Source: Octopus bimaculoides
Lineage: Eukaryota
Assembly (NCBI RefSeq): GCF_001194135.2
Contig: NC_068984.1
Coordinates: 77,141,128 to 77,183,123, forward strand
Direction: 5' to 3'
Length of the DNA: 41,996 nt
Made by a program: the position numbers and the translations under genes. Positions 12,417 through 24,905 of this stretch are shown piece after piece. The notes beneath the pieces are model-generated. The model saw only the letters and a program-made list of their open reading frames with translations. It ran no database searches and had not been told where the DNA came from. Positions within the stretch are counted from its first letter, which is position 1, and each line of letters begins with the position of its first letter.

Positions 12417-13207
12417 TACATGCATAAACATATGCGCCTGTATGAGGGAAGTGGTTAGAAGTATGTGTGTTGTGTGTTCTTGTGTGTGTGTATATGTGTG
12501 TNNNNNNNNNNNNNNNNNNNNNNNNNNNNNNNNNNNNNNNNNNNNNNNNNNNNNNNNNNNNNNNNNNNNNNNNNNNNNNNNNNNNNNNNNNNNNNNNNNN
12601 NNNNNNNNNNNNNNNNNNNNNNNNNNNNNNNNNNNNNNNNNNNNNNNNNNNNNNNNNNNNNNNNNNNNNNNNNNNNNNNNNNNNNNNNNNNNNNNNNNNN
12701 NNNNNNNNNNNNNNNNNNNNNNNNNNNNNNNNNNNNNNNNNNNNNNNNNNNNNNNNNNNNNNNNNNNNNNNNNNNNNNNNNNNNNNNNNNNNNNNNNNNN
12801 NNNNNNNNNNNNNNNNNNNNNNNNNNNNNNNNNNNNNNNNNNNNNNNNNNNNNNNNNNNNNNNNNNNNNNNNNNNNNNNNNNNNNNNNNNNNNNNNNNNN
12901 NNNNNNNNNNNNNNNNNNNNNNNNNNNNNNNNNNNNNNNNNNNNNNNNNNNNNNNNNNNNNNNNNNNNNNNNNNNNNNNNNNNNNNNNNNNNNNNNNNNN
13001 NNNNNNNNNNNNNNNNNNNNNNNNNNNNNNNNNNNNNNNNNNNNNNNNNNNNNNNNNNNNNNNNNNNNNNNNNNNNNNNNNNNNNNNNNNNNNNNNNNNN
13101 NNNNNNNNNNNNNNNNNNNNNNNNNNNNNNNNNNNNNNNNNNNNNNNNNNNNNNNNNNNNNNNNNNNNNNNNNNNNNNNNNNNNNNNNNNNNNNNNNNNN
13201 NNNNNNN

Positions 13208-13236
<29 letters not shown>

Positions 13237-13238
<2 letters not shown>

Positions 13239-13410
13239 GAGAATTTACGAAAAAAATAACAGACGAAAACAGGTGGTGTAAACAACAAATGGATGTATTA
13301 GTTTAACGCTCGGGAATAGAGAAAGTCTTTGACGTTTCGAGCTACGCTCTTCAACTGAAAGGAACACAGAAAGAAATAAGGGGAGAAAAAATATATAAAT
13401 GTAGTGGTCA
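13237..13410 (-). repeat. Probable PLE terminal-repeat remnant with a minimal hammerhead-like motif
   Basis: The minus strand at 13361-13327 reads CTTT-CAGTTGAA-GAGC-GTA-GCTC-GAAACGTC-AAAG. Assignment to a PLE is inferred from this motif. Confidence 0.45.
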
Positions 13411-13465
13411 GCGATCTATCTATCTATCTATCTATCTATTTATCTATATATATATATAATTTATT

Positions 13466-14372
13466 CAAAGGGTACAATACATGTATTTAAGCGCTTATGG
13501 CAGGGTTTTTACGAGTACGAGTTTAATTCTAGGGAAGCATCTAAATAATCAACTGCAGAGAGATTAGTAGCTACTGTAATTTTAAGTCGTAATTGATTAA
13601 AGGTAGAAATAAGTCACTTTCTAAATCTATCCAGGATGCGACCATTACACCCTTATGAAATACCCAAACCGTTGTCACGGTATAAGCAAATGCATGAGAT
13701 GGGTATTTACATGTCGATGTGTTTAATATAAATAAACCCACAAGATCACAGACGTCAGAACTATCATATGATCCCATAGATACACCAACTAGTTCATCAC
13801 TATGCGATATGTTTACCCAAGCTAATCCTTTACTGAACAATAGTGTTTTCCTCGCATGCTTGATAAAATCAAGGTCTATAGGGTCAATATCAACATATGA
13901 TTTAGCAAATTCAATAACTTTATGCAGTAACGATCTAGATATAGAAGGATAAAAGTGTTTAATATCAAACCGGGTAAATTAGCCTTATTTTTATTCTTAA
14001 TGTTCTTAAAAAAATCTATTACAGTAAAACTGTTATTCCATTTTTGAAGCCCTGTAATTTCCCTAATTCTATTATTAATGTTTGTAAGTATTTATTTTAG
14101 ATACTAGCCCAATATCAAATCTCGCTGGGTTTAACTATCTACAAGATTATCATGAAAGTTTGGTTTACGGTCTTTTAAGGTAATAAACGCCCCTCTCTTA
14201 GCTAAGCATTCTAATCTATCATCAATATTACTGCGTCTAAGCGAGTAATTTAGCTTCGTCATTAAAATCATATCTCTGTACGTTAGCTTCCTTATATTTG
14301 GTGGAAATAGTGTCTTTTAGAAACTTATGGTATAAATCATTAGTAACTTCATATAGGTTACTTGTATTATAG
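13466..14372 (-). mobile_element. Naiad-like PLE RT core (decayed), inverted relative to its 3' continuation
   Basis: The minus frames give TSNLYEV, DDRLECLAKRGAFITLKDRKPN, FDIKHFYPSI, KHARKTLLF, MGSYDSSDVCDLVGLFIL, LYRDNGLG and VDYLDASL. The MGSYDGAEVCELVG / YRDD signature is as I recall it for Naiad-type PLEs. Confidence 0.88.
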
Positions 14373-14570
14373 AAACTCGCATATATACATAAAGTCTTGT
14401 CACCCTTCTGTAATATTTAAAAGCCTGATTGCTAATATTAGTAACAGAGTTTCTAACCTCTCTTCTTCTAAAGAAACTTTCAAGAAAGCATCCCCACATT
14501 ATAATAATGTCCAAGCCAATAGTGGCTTCAAAGATAAATTGCAATATATTCCCTCTAGTATTAATCAGAA
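14373..14570 (+). mobile_element. Naiad-like PLE RT thumb segment
   Basis: LAYIH / KSCHPSVIFKSLIANISNRVSNLSSSKETFKKASPHYN...SGFKDKLQY matches the YIxxxSNHPP...ISxRISxLSS...YxxAL..SG pattern. Confidence 0.8.
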
Positions 14571-14626
<56 letters not shown>

Positions 14627-14650
14627 ATAATAATAATAATAATAATAATA
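14571..14650 (+). repeat. Compound (ACT)n(AAT)n microsatellite
   Basis: Directly visible; it separates the PLE thumb from the LINE. Confidence 0.97.
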
Positions 14651-16707
14651 AAGGGATGTTGCAAGGGCTCATACGGCTGTAAAGATCAACTAATTATCAA
14701 TCAATAAAGCCATAACTGAAGACAGCCGCAGAAAGAAGAAAGGCCCCAGTACGGCTTGGATCGATTACCGAAAGGCTTTTGATAGTGTTCCCCACACATG
14801 GACCCTCGAAACACTCGCCATAAACAAGGTGGCACCAATAATTATAAAATACATAAGAATAAGACACTCTATGAATAAATGGCACACAGTGCTACAGCTC
14901 CAAACAAAAGAGGGACTCGTGAAAACGAAAGCCATCCCCATTAGAAGAGGAATATTCCAGAGAGACACGCTCTCTGCACTCCTTTTCTGCTTGGCACTGA
15001 CAACTTTATCTGTCATGCTAAATAGAACTGGATGCGGATACAAATGTTACTGCAAAACAATCAGCCACCGTTTATATATGGATGACCTAAAACTATACGC
15101 TACAAATGATAAACAGCTGGAAACACTACTACAGACAGTACATGGATTTACCAAAGAAATAGATATGAAATTTAGATTAGAAAAATGTGCCAAACAACCC
15201 TGAAAAGAGGAAAAATAGTTAAGAGTAGCAACATGACACTAGATAAAGCCAATGAAATAAGAGAATTTGACCAAAGCCAGACATACAAATATCTAGGAAT
15301 CAATGAACTAGATAGGATACAACACACAGAAATGAAAAAGAAAATAAAGAAATAAAGAAAGAATACCATAGACGAGTTCAATACTAAAAACAAAGCTCAA
15401 TGCTAAGAAACAAGATAATAGGTATCAACACTTTAGCCATCCAAGTTATAAGTTACAGCTATAATATCCTTAACTGGACACTAAATGAACTAACCAAAAT
15501 AGACAGGAAAACAAGAAAAATAATGACAAGATATAGGATGCACCACCCAAAATCTGACATAGAAAGGCTATATATACAACGTATAGAAGCTGGGAGAGGC
15601 CTTATACAGCTGGGAAACTATTATAAAATAACCACCATATGACTGAAAAATACCTACTTCAGAAGCAAGGAAAACTAATACAAATAGCCACAAAACACTG
15701 TTTTCAGTATTTAAGAAAGTTGACAAATACAAACAAGAAATCATACTACCTAACAAATATGAAGAAGAAATAACAAAAGCTATAAAACAAATGAAATCCA
15801 AACTAAAACTAGAACAGCAACGGACCATGATAAAACGATGGCAAGAAAATCCCCTACATGGTAAATACGGGGCTAAACTAAATGCAAAAGAAATAGACAG
15901 AGGAAAATCCCAGCAATGGTTGAGAAGCTCAGGACTGAAAGTAGAGACTGAAGGATTTTTAATTGCAGCACAAGACCAAAGCCTCCCCACCAGAAATTAC
16001 CAAAAACATATAATGAAAAGAAACATAATAAGTAACTGCAGAATATGTGGAGATCGACAAGAAACAATAAATCATATTAGCTCTGGCTGCCCAGTCCTGG
16101 CTAAGAAGGAATATATTCACAGACACGACAGCGTTGGGGCCTACAAACACTGGAAGCTATGCCAACACTATGGAATAACAACAACAAAAAAGACGGTATA
16201 GGCACACGCCAGAAAAGGTCAGAGAAAACGAGAAAGCAGCCATACTCTGGGATATGCCAATACACACAGATAGAGAAATTAAGGTCAATAGACCAGATAT
16301 AGTTGTCAAAGATCATGAAGAAAAAAATGCTTTCTAATTGATGTATCAATACTAGCAGATGAGAAGGTTTCTCTAAAAGAAATGGAGAAACTTTCAAAAT
16401 ACAAAGACCTGGAAATAGAGGTAACTTGAATGTAAAATCTAAAAACAGAAACAATTCCTATCATAGTAGGTGCATTAAGTATGATAAAAAAATATTCAGA
16501 CAAATACATAACAAAAACACCAGGACTTACAAATATATATAACATACAGAAAATTGCACTACTGGGTACTGCACACATTCTACGCAAAACACTTTCAATA
16601 CAGTAAACATAAGAGCACCACAGCAAACCACAGCACATACCCAAGGCGCACAGAGCTGCGCTCGGTAGTGAAGTGAAAGCACGTTATAAAAATAAAACTA
16701 CTGAACA
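14651..16707 (+). mobile_element. 5'-truncated R4/Dong-like non-LTR retrotransposon (RT, CCHC, RLE), frameshifted
   Basis: RT motifs: WIDYRKAFDSVPH, GIFQRDTLS, LYMDDLKLY, YKYLG. Downstream: GRGL, WLRSSGLKVETE, CRICGDRQETINHISSGC, RHD, RPDIVV..LIDVSI and LLGTAHILRKTLSI. The 3' UTR ends in (AAT)n and the 5' junction is also in (AAT)n. Confidence 0.95.
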
Positions 16708-17593
16708 ATAATAATAATAATAATAATANNNNNNNNNNNNNNNNNNNNNNNNNNNNNNNNNNNNNNNNNNNNNNNNNNNNNNNNNNNNNNNNNNNNNNNN
16801 NNNNNNNNNNNNNNNNNNNNNNNNNNNNNNNNNNNNNNNNNNNNNNNNNNNNNNNNNNNNNNNNNNNNNNNNNNNNNNNNNNNNNNNNNNNNNNNNNNNN
16901 NNNNNNNNNNNNNNNNNNNNNNNNNNNNNNNNNNNNNNNNNNNNNNNNNNNNNNNNNNNNNNNNNNNNNNNNNNNNNNNNNNNNNNNNNNNNNNNNNNNN
17001 NNNNNNNNNNNNNNNNNNNNNNNNNNNNNNNNNNNNNNNNNNNNNNNNNNNNNNNNNNNNNNNNNNNNNNNNNNNNNNNNNNNNNNNNNNNNNNNNNNNN
17101 NNNNNNNNNNNNNNNNNNNNNNNNNNNNNNNNNNNNNNNNNNNNNNNNNNNNNNNNNNNNNNNNNNNNNNNNNNNNNNNNNNNNNNNNNNNNNNNNNNNN
17201 NNNNNNNNNNNNNNNNNNNNNNNNNNNNNNNNNNNNNNNNNNNNNNNNNNNNNNNNNNNNNNNNNNNNNNNNNNNNNNNNNNNNNNNNNNNNNNNNNNNN
17301 NNNNNNNNNNNNNNNNNNNNNNNNNNNNNNNNNNNNNNNNNNNNNNNNNNNNNNNNNNNNNNNNNNNNNNNNNNNNNNNNNNNNNNNNNNNNNNNNNNNN
17401 NNNNNNNNNNNNNNNNNNNNNNNNNNNNNNNNNNNNNNNNNNNNNNNNNNNNNNNNNNNNNNNNNNNNNNNNNNNNNNNNNNNNNNNNNNNNNNNNNNNN
17501 NNNNNNNNNNNNNNNNNNNNNNNNNNNNNNNNNNNNNNNNNNNNNNNNNNNNNNNNNNNNNNNNNNNNNNNNNNNNNNNNNNNNNNNNNNNNN

Positions 17594-17912
17594 CCTTTGG
17601 AAATTGTCCATGGGCCCCGGCCCGAAAGTTCTCCTGAACAGACTGTTTAGCTGATTATCTTCGACGCCTAGAGTTTCCCCGAGAACGTCGTCGCACTTTT
17701 CCTTCACTAACCCTCTATAGAACGCTAGAGTGGAGCTACTACCGATCGCACTGCCCGCCTGACTGAGGGCGCTAAGAGCTTGGCGGCACTCGAGGTGCCA
17801 AGCGCCCTTTCTCGGTCTACGTTTGATCCAGGATTGCAGCTCTGTCAAAGAAACAAGCTGCGGAAAATCGCGTCTGACGAACGGCGACCACACCTGTTCA
17901 CCGTCCAGAAAA
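17594..17912 (-). mobile_element. LINE ORF2 C-terminal fragment, probably L1/Tx1 clade
   Basis: It is a GC-richer open frame (FLDGEQVWSPFVRRDFPQL...FRRTFGPGPMDNFQR) that continues into the gap. The clade is from recalled similarity only. Confidence 0.6.
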
Positions 17913-18433
17913 CCTAATAAGAGGCCAAAGAAAATTATTTAGCTCGCCCCTCCCTTTTCCTTTAATAGAATAACTAACATAGGTAAAAGATTCCTGTCTT
18001 CTTAGATAAACACTTACCAGCAACTCACAGATACTGGAAAATATTTAACAAGTATTCTGTGAAATTATCAATATAGTTGCTGCCCCAATGTAAAGAGTAT
18101 CATTATGCATGGTCAATATAAAGAGCCTAAATCCATTTTCAGCTGTCGCGACCCAGGATTCTGTCCACTTGACTAACGATGTCTGATTATATCTATTATA
18201 TATGAGGCAGATGTTACTGTAACCCTGAATAATAATATAACTGATAAGAAGACTTATACTGGATTATGTAAAGGTGAATTTAAAAATCACTATGCGAATC
18301 CCATAGCCTCCTTCGACATAGGGACGAAAGTAAAGTTACTAAGTTGGCTAGCTACATATGGACTTTGAACAGCAACGAAACAATACAGGTCAGAGCAACG
18401 AAGATCACATCTAGCCGCTGTCACGTCCAGCCG
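17912..18433 (+). mobile_element. Naiad-like PLE 3' part with GIY-YIG endonuclease (decayed)
   Basis: The frames give RPKKII.LAPPFS, TNIGKRFL, KIFNKYSVKLSYSCCPNVKSII, CRDPGFCPLD.RCL, IIYEADV, YTGLCKGEFKNHYAN and LASYIWTL. Confidence 0.85.
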
Positions 18434-18434
18434 C

Positions 18435-18435
<1 letters not shown>

Positions 18436-18507
<72 letters not shown>

Positions 18508-18580
18508 TTTTATTGCTGTTGTTGTTGTTGTTATTGTTGTAGCTGTTGCTGCTGCTGTTGTTTTTGTTGTTGTTAGTAGT
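18436..18580 (+). repeat. (ATT)n then (GTT/GCT)n microsatellite
   Basis: Directly visible; it is the only long AAT-class array in the opposite orientation. Confidence 0.95.
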
Positions 18581-18585
18581 ATTCC

Positions 18586-18765
18586 TGAGGTGACCACCTG
18601 GCAGAATCGTTAGCATGCCTGACGAAATGATTAGCGGTATTTTGCTCGTGTTTATGCCTCGAGTTCAAATTCCACTGAGGTCAACTTCGCTTTTCATATT
18701 TTCGACTCGATAAAATTAAGTGCCAGCTGCACGATGGTTTCAATCAGATCGAATACCCACCGCCC
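18586..18765 (+). mobile_element. tRNA-derived SINE, family B
   Basis: It has a CTGGCAGAATCGTTAGCA head, GAGTTCAAATTCC B-box and GGTCAACTTCGCTTTTCAT central domain. Confidence 0.75.
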
Positions 18766-19216
18766 AGTGAAAGAAAAAGGGTATTGTTTGATTCTCTATC
18801 TGAAGAATTTCTAATCGGAAATTTCTTAAATGCTTCTCCAAATGTGTAATTCCTATTATAAACTAAACATGTCTAATGGTGGATGAATAATACCAAAGAA
18901 AATTTTCCAACTTCTTTTGTTATATAATAATAAGTCTGCAAATAATATTCTCAGAATTTTCAACCCTAATATGTACTTCACATCAATACAACAACGAATA
19001 AATGCAAACAACATTGTAATACAGGAATAAGCAGATATGCACCAAGAGGACACACCTTCGATTTTACCCATCCTACTTAATATATATATATATACACACA
19101 CCTACAACGTATATATATTCGGAAGTTAAATCTGGATTTTATGTTAAATTCAAATGTGCACACAAGTATATCCTACTTCATAATAATAAAAGAAGCAGAA
19201 TACAAATCTCTCTCTC

Positions 19217-19263
<47 letters not shown>

Positions 19264-19310
19264 GTCTTTCTCTCTTTCTCTCTTTCTCTCTTCCCCTCTG
19301 TCTGTCTCTT

Positions 19311-19350
<40 letters not shown>

Positions 19351-19641
19351 CACATACATATACATATGCATATGCATGTATATACATAAATATATATATA
19401 TATATACATGCATACATATATGGGTGTAGATATATATTTATATATAGACACACATACATAACATATCACATTCTTAACATGTGTATTTACATACACGCAT
19501 ATTTCTATATGCTTCTGTGATTTAAAATAATTGCTTACTCGTACACCCACATGTACACATATAGGAATATATCTATATCTATATATATATCAATATATAC
19601 ATCAGTATCATTTTTTATTTGTCTCTGTCTGTCTGTCTGAC

Positions 19642-19749
<108 letters not shown>

Positions 19750-19825
19750 TATTTACTCTTCGTAATGAGATAAAAACCAAGGCTGTGTATATATATAATC
19801 TATATTCACCTTCCCCCTCTCTCTC

Positions 19826-19865
<40 letters not shown>

Positions 19866-20567
19866 TCTGTGTGTTTATGAGTGTGTTTTTGAGTGTGTGT
19901 GTGTGTGTCTGTGTTTGTCTGTGTGTGTGTATGTGTGTGCGTGCGTGTTTGGCTGTGTGTGTATTCACATACCAGCAAGAAATTCGTACAATTGGGAAGC
20001 TAAACAAGATTGGCTCTAAGAGGTTAGAATGAAAGAATGAAATAACCGATTCTAAGGATAAACTTCAAAGCAAATATTTGTTCTTTTTATTCTGTTTTCA
20101 ATGTAGTAAAGACGAGTCAATGGTTTGTTTAAAGGAATATTAAAAAAAGACACTAATAAATAAAAATGTGCATGGCTTTGTCCGAGGAAATCATTGGAAG
20201 ATGTATTAATTAAAACTTGCCTTCTTTTTAAAGCTAGTAACATGTGCGAACGTATGTCTGTTATTTTGTGTATGTGTGTATACATATAGACAGATAGACT
20301 GATAGATAGATATTCATACATAGATGTGCGTGTATATATAAGTGGGTAGATAGGTGTGCGTGTGTGAGTGTTTACGTCTTTATNNNNNNNNNNNNNNNNN
20401 NNNNNNNNNNNNNNNNNNNNNNNNNNNNNNNNNNNNNNNNNNNNNNNNNNNNNNNNNNNNNNNNNNNNNNNNNNNNNNNNNNNNNNNNNNNNNNNNNNNN
20501 NNNNNNNNNNNNNNNNNNNNNNNNNNNNNNNNNNNNNNNNNNNNNNNNNNNNNNNNNNNNNNNNNNN

Positions 20568-20604
<37 letters not shown>

Positions 20605-20695
20605 CTTGTATATGATACTGATATGTCTGGGTGTATGTATATACATATTTAGATAACATTTGTACACGCATATATATATGTATATGTGTGTGTGA

Positions 20696-20731
<36 letters not shown>

Positions 20732-21159
20732 GTACCCACGTACGTACATACGCATACATGCATATATATGCGTGTGTGTATATGTACGCATGTATATGTA
20801 TTAGGGAAGAAAATGCAAACCGTGTGTCGGAAGGTGATTGTGGGTAGATTAGTTTCCGATGCTGCTTTTCAATTAAAGGATTGTTGTTATGTAATAGAAA
20901 ACGAGTATAAAATATAAAAGAAAAAGTATGTTGGAAATTGTACAGGAAGACAGGGAGGAAGCGATAGAAACGTAGATTATAAAGAGAATTCTGAGAATAA
21001 GGAGGTTTCTGTGTTGACAGCAAAGTGGGTGCCAAATTGCTTATAACATTTTCTGGTAAATAACACTGTTGTTTTGATCGTATATAAAGTGTTGAAAACA
21101 TAAGAGAAGAATTTTAAAATAATAATAACAATAACAAAAAAATCCCCCTTTCCTTGTGT

Positions 21160-21192
<33 letters not shown>

Positions 21193-21231
21193 AAACAACA
21201 AGATCAACAGCAACCAATAATAATAATAATC

Positions 21232-21376
21232 ATTTGTAACGTAGGCATAAGGCCTGAATTTCGGGAAGGTGGCTATTCGATTATATTATGTAGGTGCATC
21301 AGAAGGGACTGACGTGCGAAATACCGCTAATTATTTCGTTCAGCGTGCTAACGATTCTGCCAACTCACCGCCTTCA
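21232..21376 (-). mobile_element. SINE family B, internally deleted
   Basis: The head (GTGCTAACGATTCTGCCAACTCACCGCCTT) and tail (AGGCATAAGGCCTGAATT) are present but the central domain is missing. AAT repeats flank it. Confidence 0.7.
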
Positions 21377-21377
21377 T

Positions 21378-21443
<66 letters not shown>

Positions 21444-21445
<2 letters not shown>

Positions 21446-21660
21446 AGAAATATATTAAGCAACTCCTTGATAACTCCAATCTCCATGAACTATAAGAGAT
21501 AACTTTGATGGGTACACTCTCAATCTAAAATGGAATAAATGTGGTGATAACTTTAGCATGCATAGTAAAACAAAAGCGCCCTTGCTACTCTTGGCTTCCA
21601 GAGGATGCCCGGTTCTAAGGCAGCGGAAATAAAGTTACAATGAAAGGAAACCATAAAAAA
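21444..21660 (+). mobile_element. R4/Dong-like LINE extreme 3' end remnant
   Basis: KKYIKQL...LHEL*EITLMGT.LSI* resembles the C-terminus of the other copies. A UTR and AATAATAAT follow. Confidence 0.5.
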
Positions 21661-21714
21661 ATAATAATAACAATAATATCAGTATATATATGTTAGAAAG
21701 TGTGGTGTCTTAGT

Positions 21715-23208
21715 CTTGAAGAGAGGTAAAATCAAATGTATACTGTCGGGGGAGGTTATGAGGCAGATAGAAGAGACGGGCTATAAGTACTTGGGGATTT
21801 TGGAAATGGATAAATTGATGGAGAAAAAATGACAGAAAAATTTAAGGTGGAGTAATTTCGCTGACCGAGACTGATACTTAAGTCGAAATTAAATGGACGG
21901 AATAAGATCGAAGCTATCAACACCTGGGTGGTTTCAATCCTTAGATATGGAGCAGGGGTAATCGCATGGACAGTAGACGAACTAAACAGCTTAGACAGAA
22001 AGACAAGGAAGTTGCTAACTAAATATGAGTCACTCCACCCAAAAAGTGACACAGACAGACTGTATGTACTAAGAAAAAGAGGAGGAAGAGGACTTATTGG
22101 ATGCGAACACAACATTAGAGCAGAAGAAAACAACATAGCNNNNNNNNNNNNNNNNNNNNNNNNNNNNNNNNNNNNNNNNNNNNNNNNNNNNNNNNNNNNN
22201 NNNNNNNNNNNNNNNNNNNNNNNNNNNNNNNNNNNNNNNNNNNNNNNNNNNNNNNNNNNNNNNNNNNNNNNNNNNNNNNNNNNNNNNNNNNNNNNNNNNN
22301 NNNNNNNNNNNNNNNNNNNNNNNNNNNNNNNNNNNNNNNNNNNNNNNNNNNNNNNNNNNNNNNNNNNNNNNNNNNNNNNNNNNNNNNNNNAGGTCAATAT
22401 CATAGAGATGTTGAAGATAAGACAGACAAAGAAAAAAGATGGCTGCGTATGATCAAAAGTGATTTAAAGCCGCAAACGGAGGCTCTAATCTGTGCTGCCC
22501 AAGAGCAAGCACTAAGAACAAACTGCATAAAATACAGAATAGACAACACAGCAAAAAGTAATAAGTGCAGGATCTGTGGTTAAACGGTGAAATCGTATGG
22601 CATATTACCAGCCAATGTACGCCACTAACCCAGAAGGAATATAAGAGACGCTGCGACAATATAGCCAGGCTTGTCCAATGGACACTTTGCAACAAGTATG
22701 GACTTGACAGAGCACAAAATTGGTACCACCACAAACCTGTAGGCATCGTCGAAAATTAAAGTGCAAAGATCCTATGGGATTTTATGATTCAGTGCAACTA
22801 TGAGATAGAGAATAAGAAGCCAGACATAACCTTAATTAAGAAAGAAAGCAAACTATGCTGGATCATAGATATAGCATTCTCAGCTGACAAGGTATACGAT
22901 AAGGAAGAAAGAAAAGTCGAGAGATATGACAGGTTCACTTGGGAAGTTAAGCAGTTGTGGTCGATGAAAAAGGTAGCAGTAGTACCAATAATTGTCGGAG
23001 CCTTGGGAACAGTGATCAAAAACTCGAGAAATACGTGGAACAAGTAGGGGCTGCCATAAGGGTGGAACACTTGCAGAAAACAGCACTGCTTGGAACCGCC
23101 CGAATACTCCGGAAGGTGCTCGAAAAATAAGAAGTGTTACCTTAGTTCACTGGTAGTTAACAGCTGACACTGTAATACATCTCAAGCGTTAGAAGCTGTG
23201 CAAAAGCA
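21715..23208 (+). mobile_element. 5'-truncated R4/Dong-like LINE, second family (RT end, CCHC, RLE), with an internal gap
   Basis: Motifs include YKYLG, INTWVVSILRYGAG, LHPKSDTDRLY..RKRGGRGL, TEALICAAQEQ, CRIC..HITSQC, KPDITL...IIDIA, VVPIIVGALG and LLGTARILRKVL*. The UTR ends in AAT/AAC repeats. Confidence 0.92.
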
Positions 23209-23230
23209 ATAATAACAATAATAATAATAA

Positions 23231-23268
23231 TGTTACCTTGATGGCATGCGCTGCTCTCTCACTCAAAA
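23231..23268 (+). repeat. Terminal stub matching the 3' end of the 32164-32690 repeat
   Basis: TTGATGGCATGCGCTGCTCTCTCACTCAA compares with TTGATGGCAAGGACTGCTCTCTCACTAAA at about 32663-32691. Both are followed by (AAT)n. Confidence 0.6.
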
Positions 23269-23279
23269 ATAATAATAAT

Positions 23280-23800
23280 GAGGATCACAGGAAGATTTAA
23301 CTTTGACGGTATGCGAACTCAGAACGTGAAGGGACGTACGTAAATATCTCAACTAATTTTGTTCAACACTATCGGTCGTCCCAGTCTATTCGCCTCATCG
23401 ATCCTTACGATAAGATTTGATTTCAGGTTTAGACATATCGCCAACATTTTTAAATGTAGTATTTTAGCCGATACCATCAGACCCATTACATGACTGATAT
23501 TCTGTTACATTGAGATTGAAAGGATGAAATACAAAGTTGATCTCTGCGGAATTGAAGTCAGAATAAGAAGATACGGAAGAAATATTGCAAGCCATTTTGT
23601 CCAAGAGCTCTCATGATCCTGACAGCTCAACTTGATGGTAATAAAAGTCTCTAATGTAAGCACAATTCCATAAGATTTGAGGTAGGAAACAGTCGATTTT
23701 ATTGACTTTTCTTCTTTTTTTCTATCAACTCATGGATCGTAAAACTCAACCGAATTTATATTTGAACTCAGAACTTACAGAAACCATTAATAAATACGCA
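23280..23800 (-). mobile_element. Cluster of degenerate SINE family B remnants
   Basis: GAACTCAGAAC-type B-box complements and GAAAGGATGAAATACAAAGTTGATCTC central-domain remnants recur here. Confidence 0.5.
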
Positions 23801-24052
23801 AATGGAACTTCTACGCGATGTCTTGATCTGTGAAACATAGCAAAGATATTTGCCTCAATCAAATCGTACGGTCTTAAGTAAATGATATATTGGAGAATGT
23901 AATCGCTGATGTGCCAAAACTATTAGGTGGTCACGACTGAAATAACTTTTCCCTGCTCGATCATAGAGTTAAACAACAACAACAGTGGCTTCGTTAGTGC
24001 AGCCAAGATTTTAAAGTGTATATGCTCATATGTACAACGCTTTCATTGACTA

Positions 24053-24130
24053 AATTTCACGAGCAGGCTGTTCCGTTGATCGGATCAACTGGAACCCTCG
24101 ACGTCGTAAGCGACGGAGTACCAACAACAA
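24053..24130 (+). mobile_element. 5'-truncated copy (3' tail only) of SINE family D or of its partner LINE
   Basis: It is nearly identical to 39506-39576 (AATTTCACGAGCAGGCTGTTCCGTTGATCGGATCAACTGGAACCCTCG...CGTAAGCGACGGAG) and ends in CAACAACAA. Confidence 0.8.
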
Positions 24131-24769
24131 TAATGTAAGTAGGTAGGTAGGTAGGTAGGTAGGTAGGTAGGTAAGTAGGTAGGTAAGTAGGTATGTTGGT
24201 ATATTCAAATCATTAGTTTAACTCAAAGTTGATTTGATAGTATGTTACATTGAATTTATCTAGTTCTCTGGTTATAATAGAATGGTTTGGATTTTGCTAG
24301 AGTCAGTTTTCTCTCATTTAATTAGTAGTCCAAGATATATTTCCATTCAATTTCTCGTTTCTCTCTACGTTTCATCTCTAATCTCTACCACATTAAAGCG
24401 TTGCCACAAGAATATCAGTCAAAACTGTATGATAGTGGTCATTTCGAAGCAGGAAAGTTACTATAATGTCATAATTATACCGATAAAACCTTCTTTAAGC
24501 ATTTAACAAATCCATTGACTTGAAAAGTTGATGGAAACCAGTTCAGTTGTTAAGCGTGCCATTTTCTTTCCTAGACAGACTGCCTGGCGACCAGTCTTCT
24601 TAACGTAGTCCTTTCATCACATTAAAAAGGAGCTCGTTACATAGTGACAGTGTGAAGATAAATATGACAGACAGAAAGTGAAGGAGCCTCTGTCAGCAGA
24701 GACAGATATTTGTTTCAGTTGAGAGAGAAATCGAGAATGACAGAAGACAGAATGGAAAATGAAAGAGAG

Positions 24770-24814
24770 AAAAAAGAAAGAAAGAAGGAAAGAAAGAAAG
24801 AAAGAAAGAAAGAC

Positions 24815-24848
<34 letters not shown>

Positions 24849-24905
24849 TAGGAAGGAAAGAAGGAAAGAAAGAAAGTCAAAAAGAATGAAAGAAAGAAAG
24901 AAAGA
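24770..24905 (+). repeat. (GAAA)n purine-rich microsatellite
   Basis: Directly visible. Confidence 0.9.

Noticed and set aside
24560-24720. Good splice acceptor ttttctttcctag
   Set aside because: All three downstream frames stop within about 50 nt.
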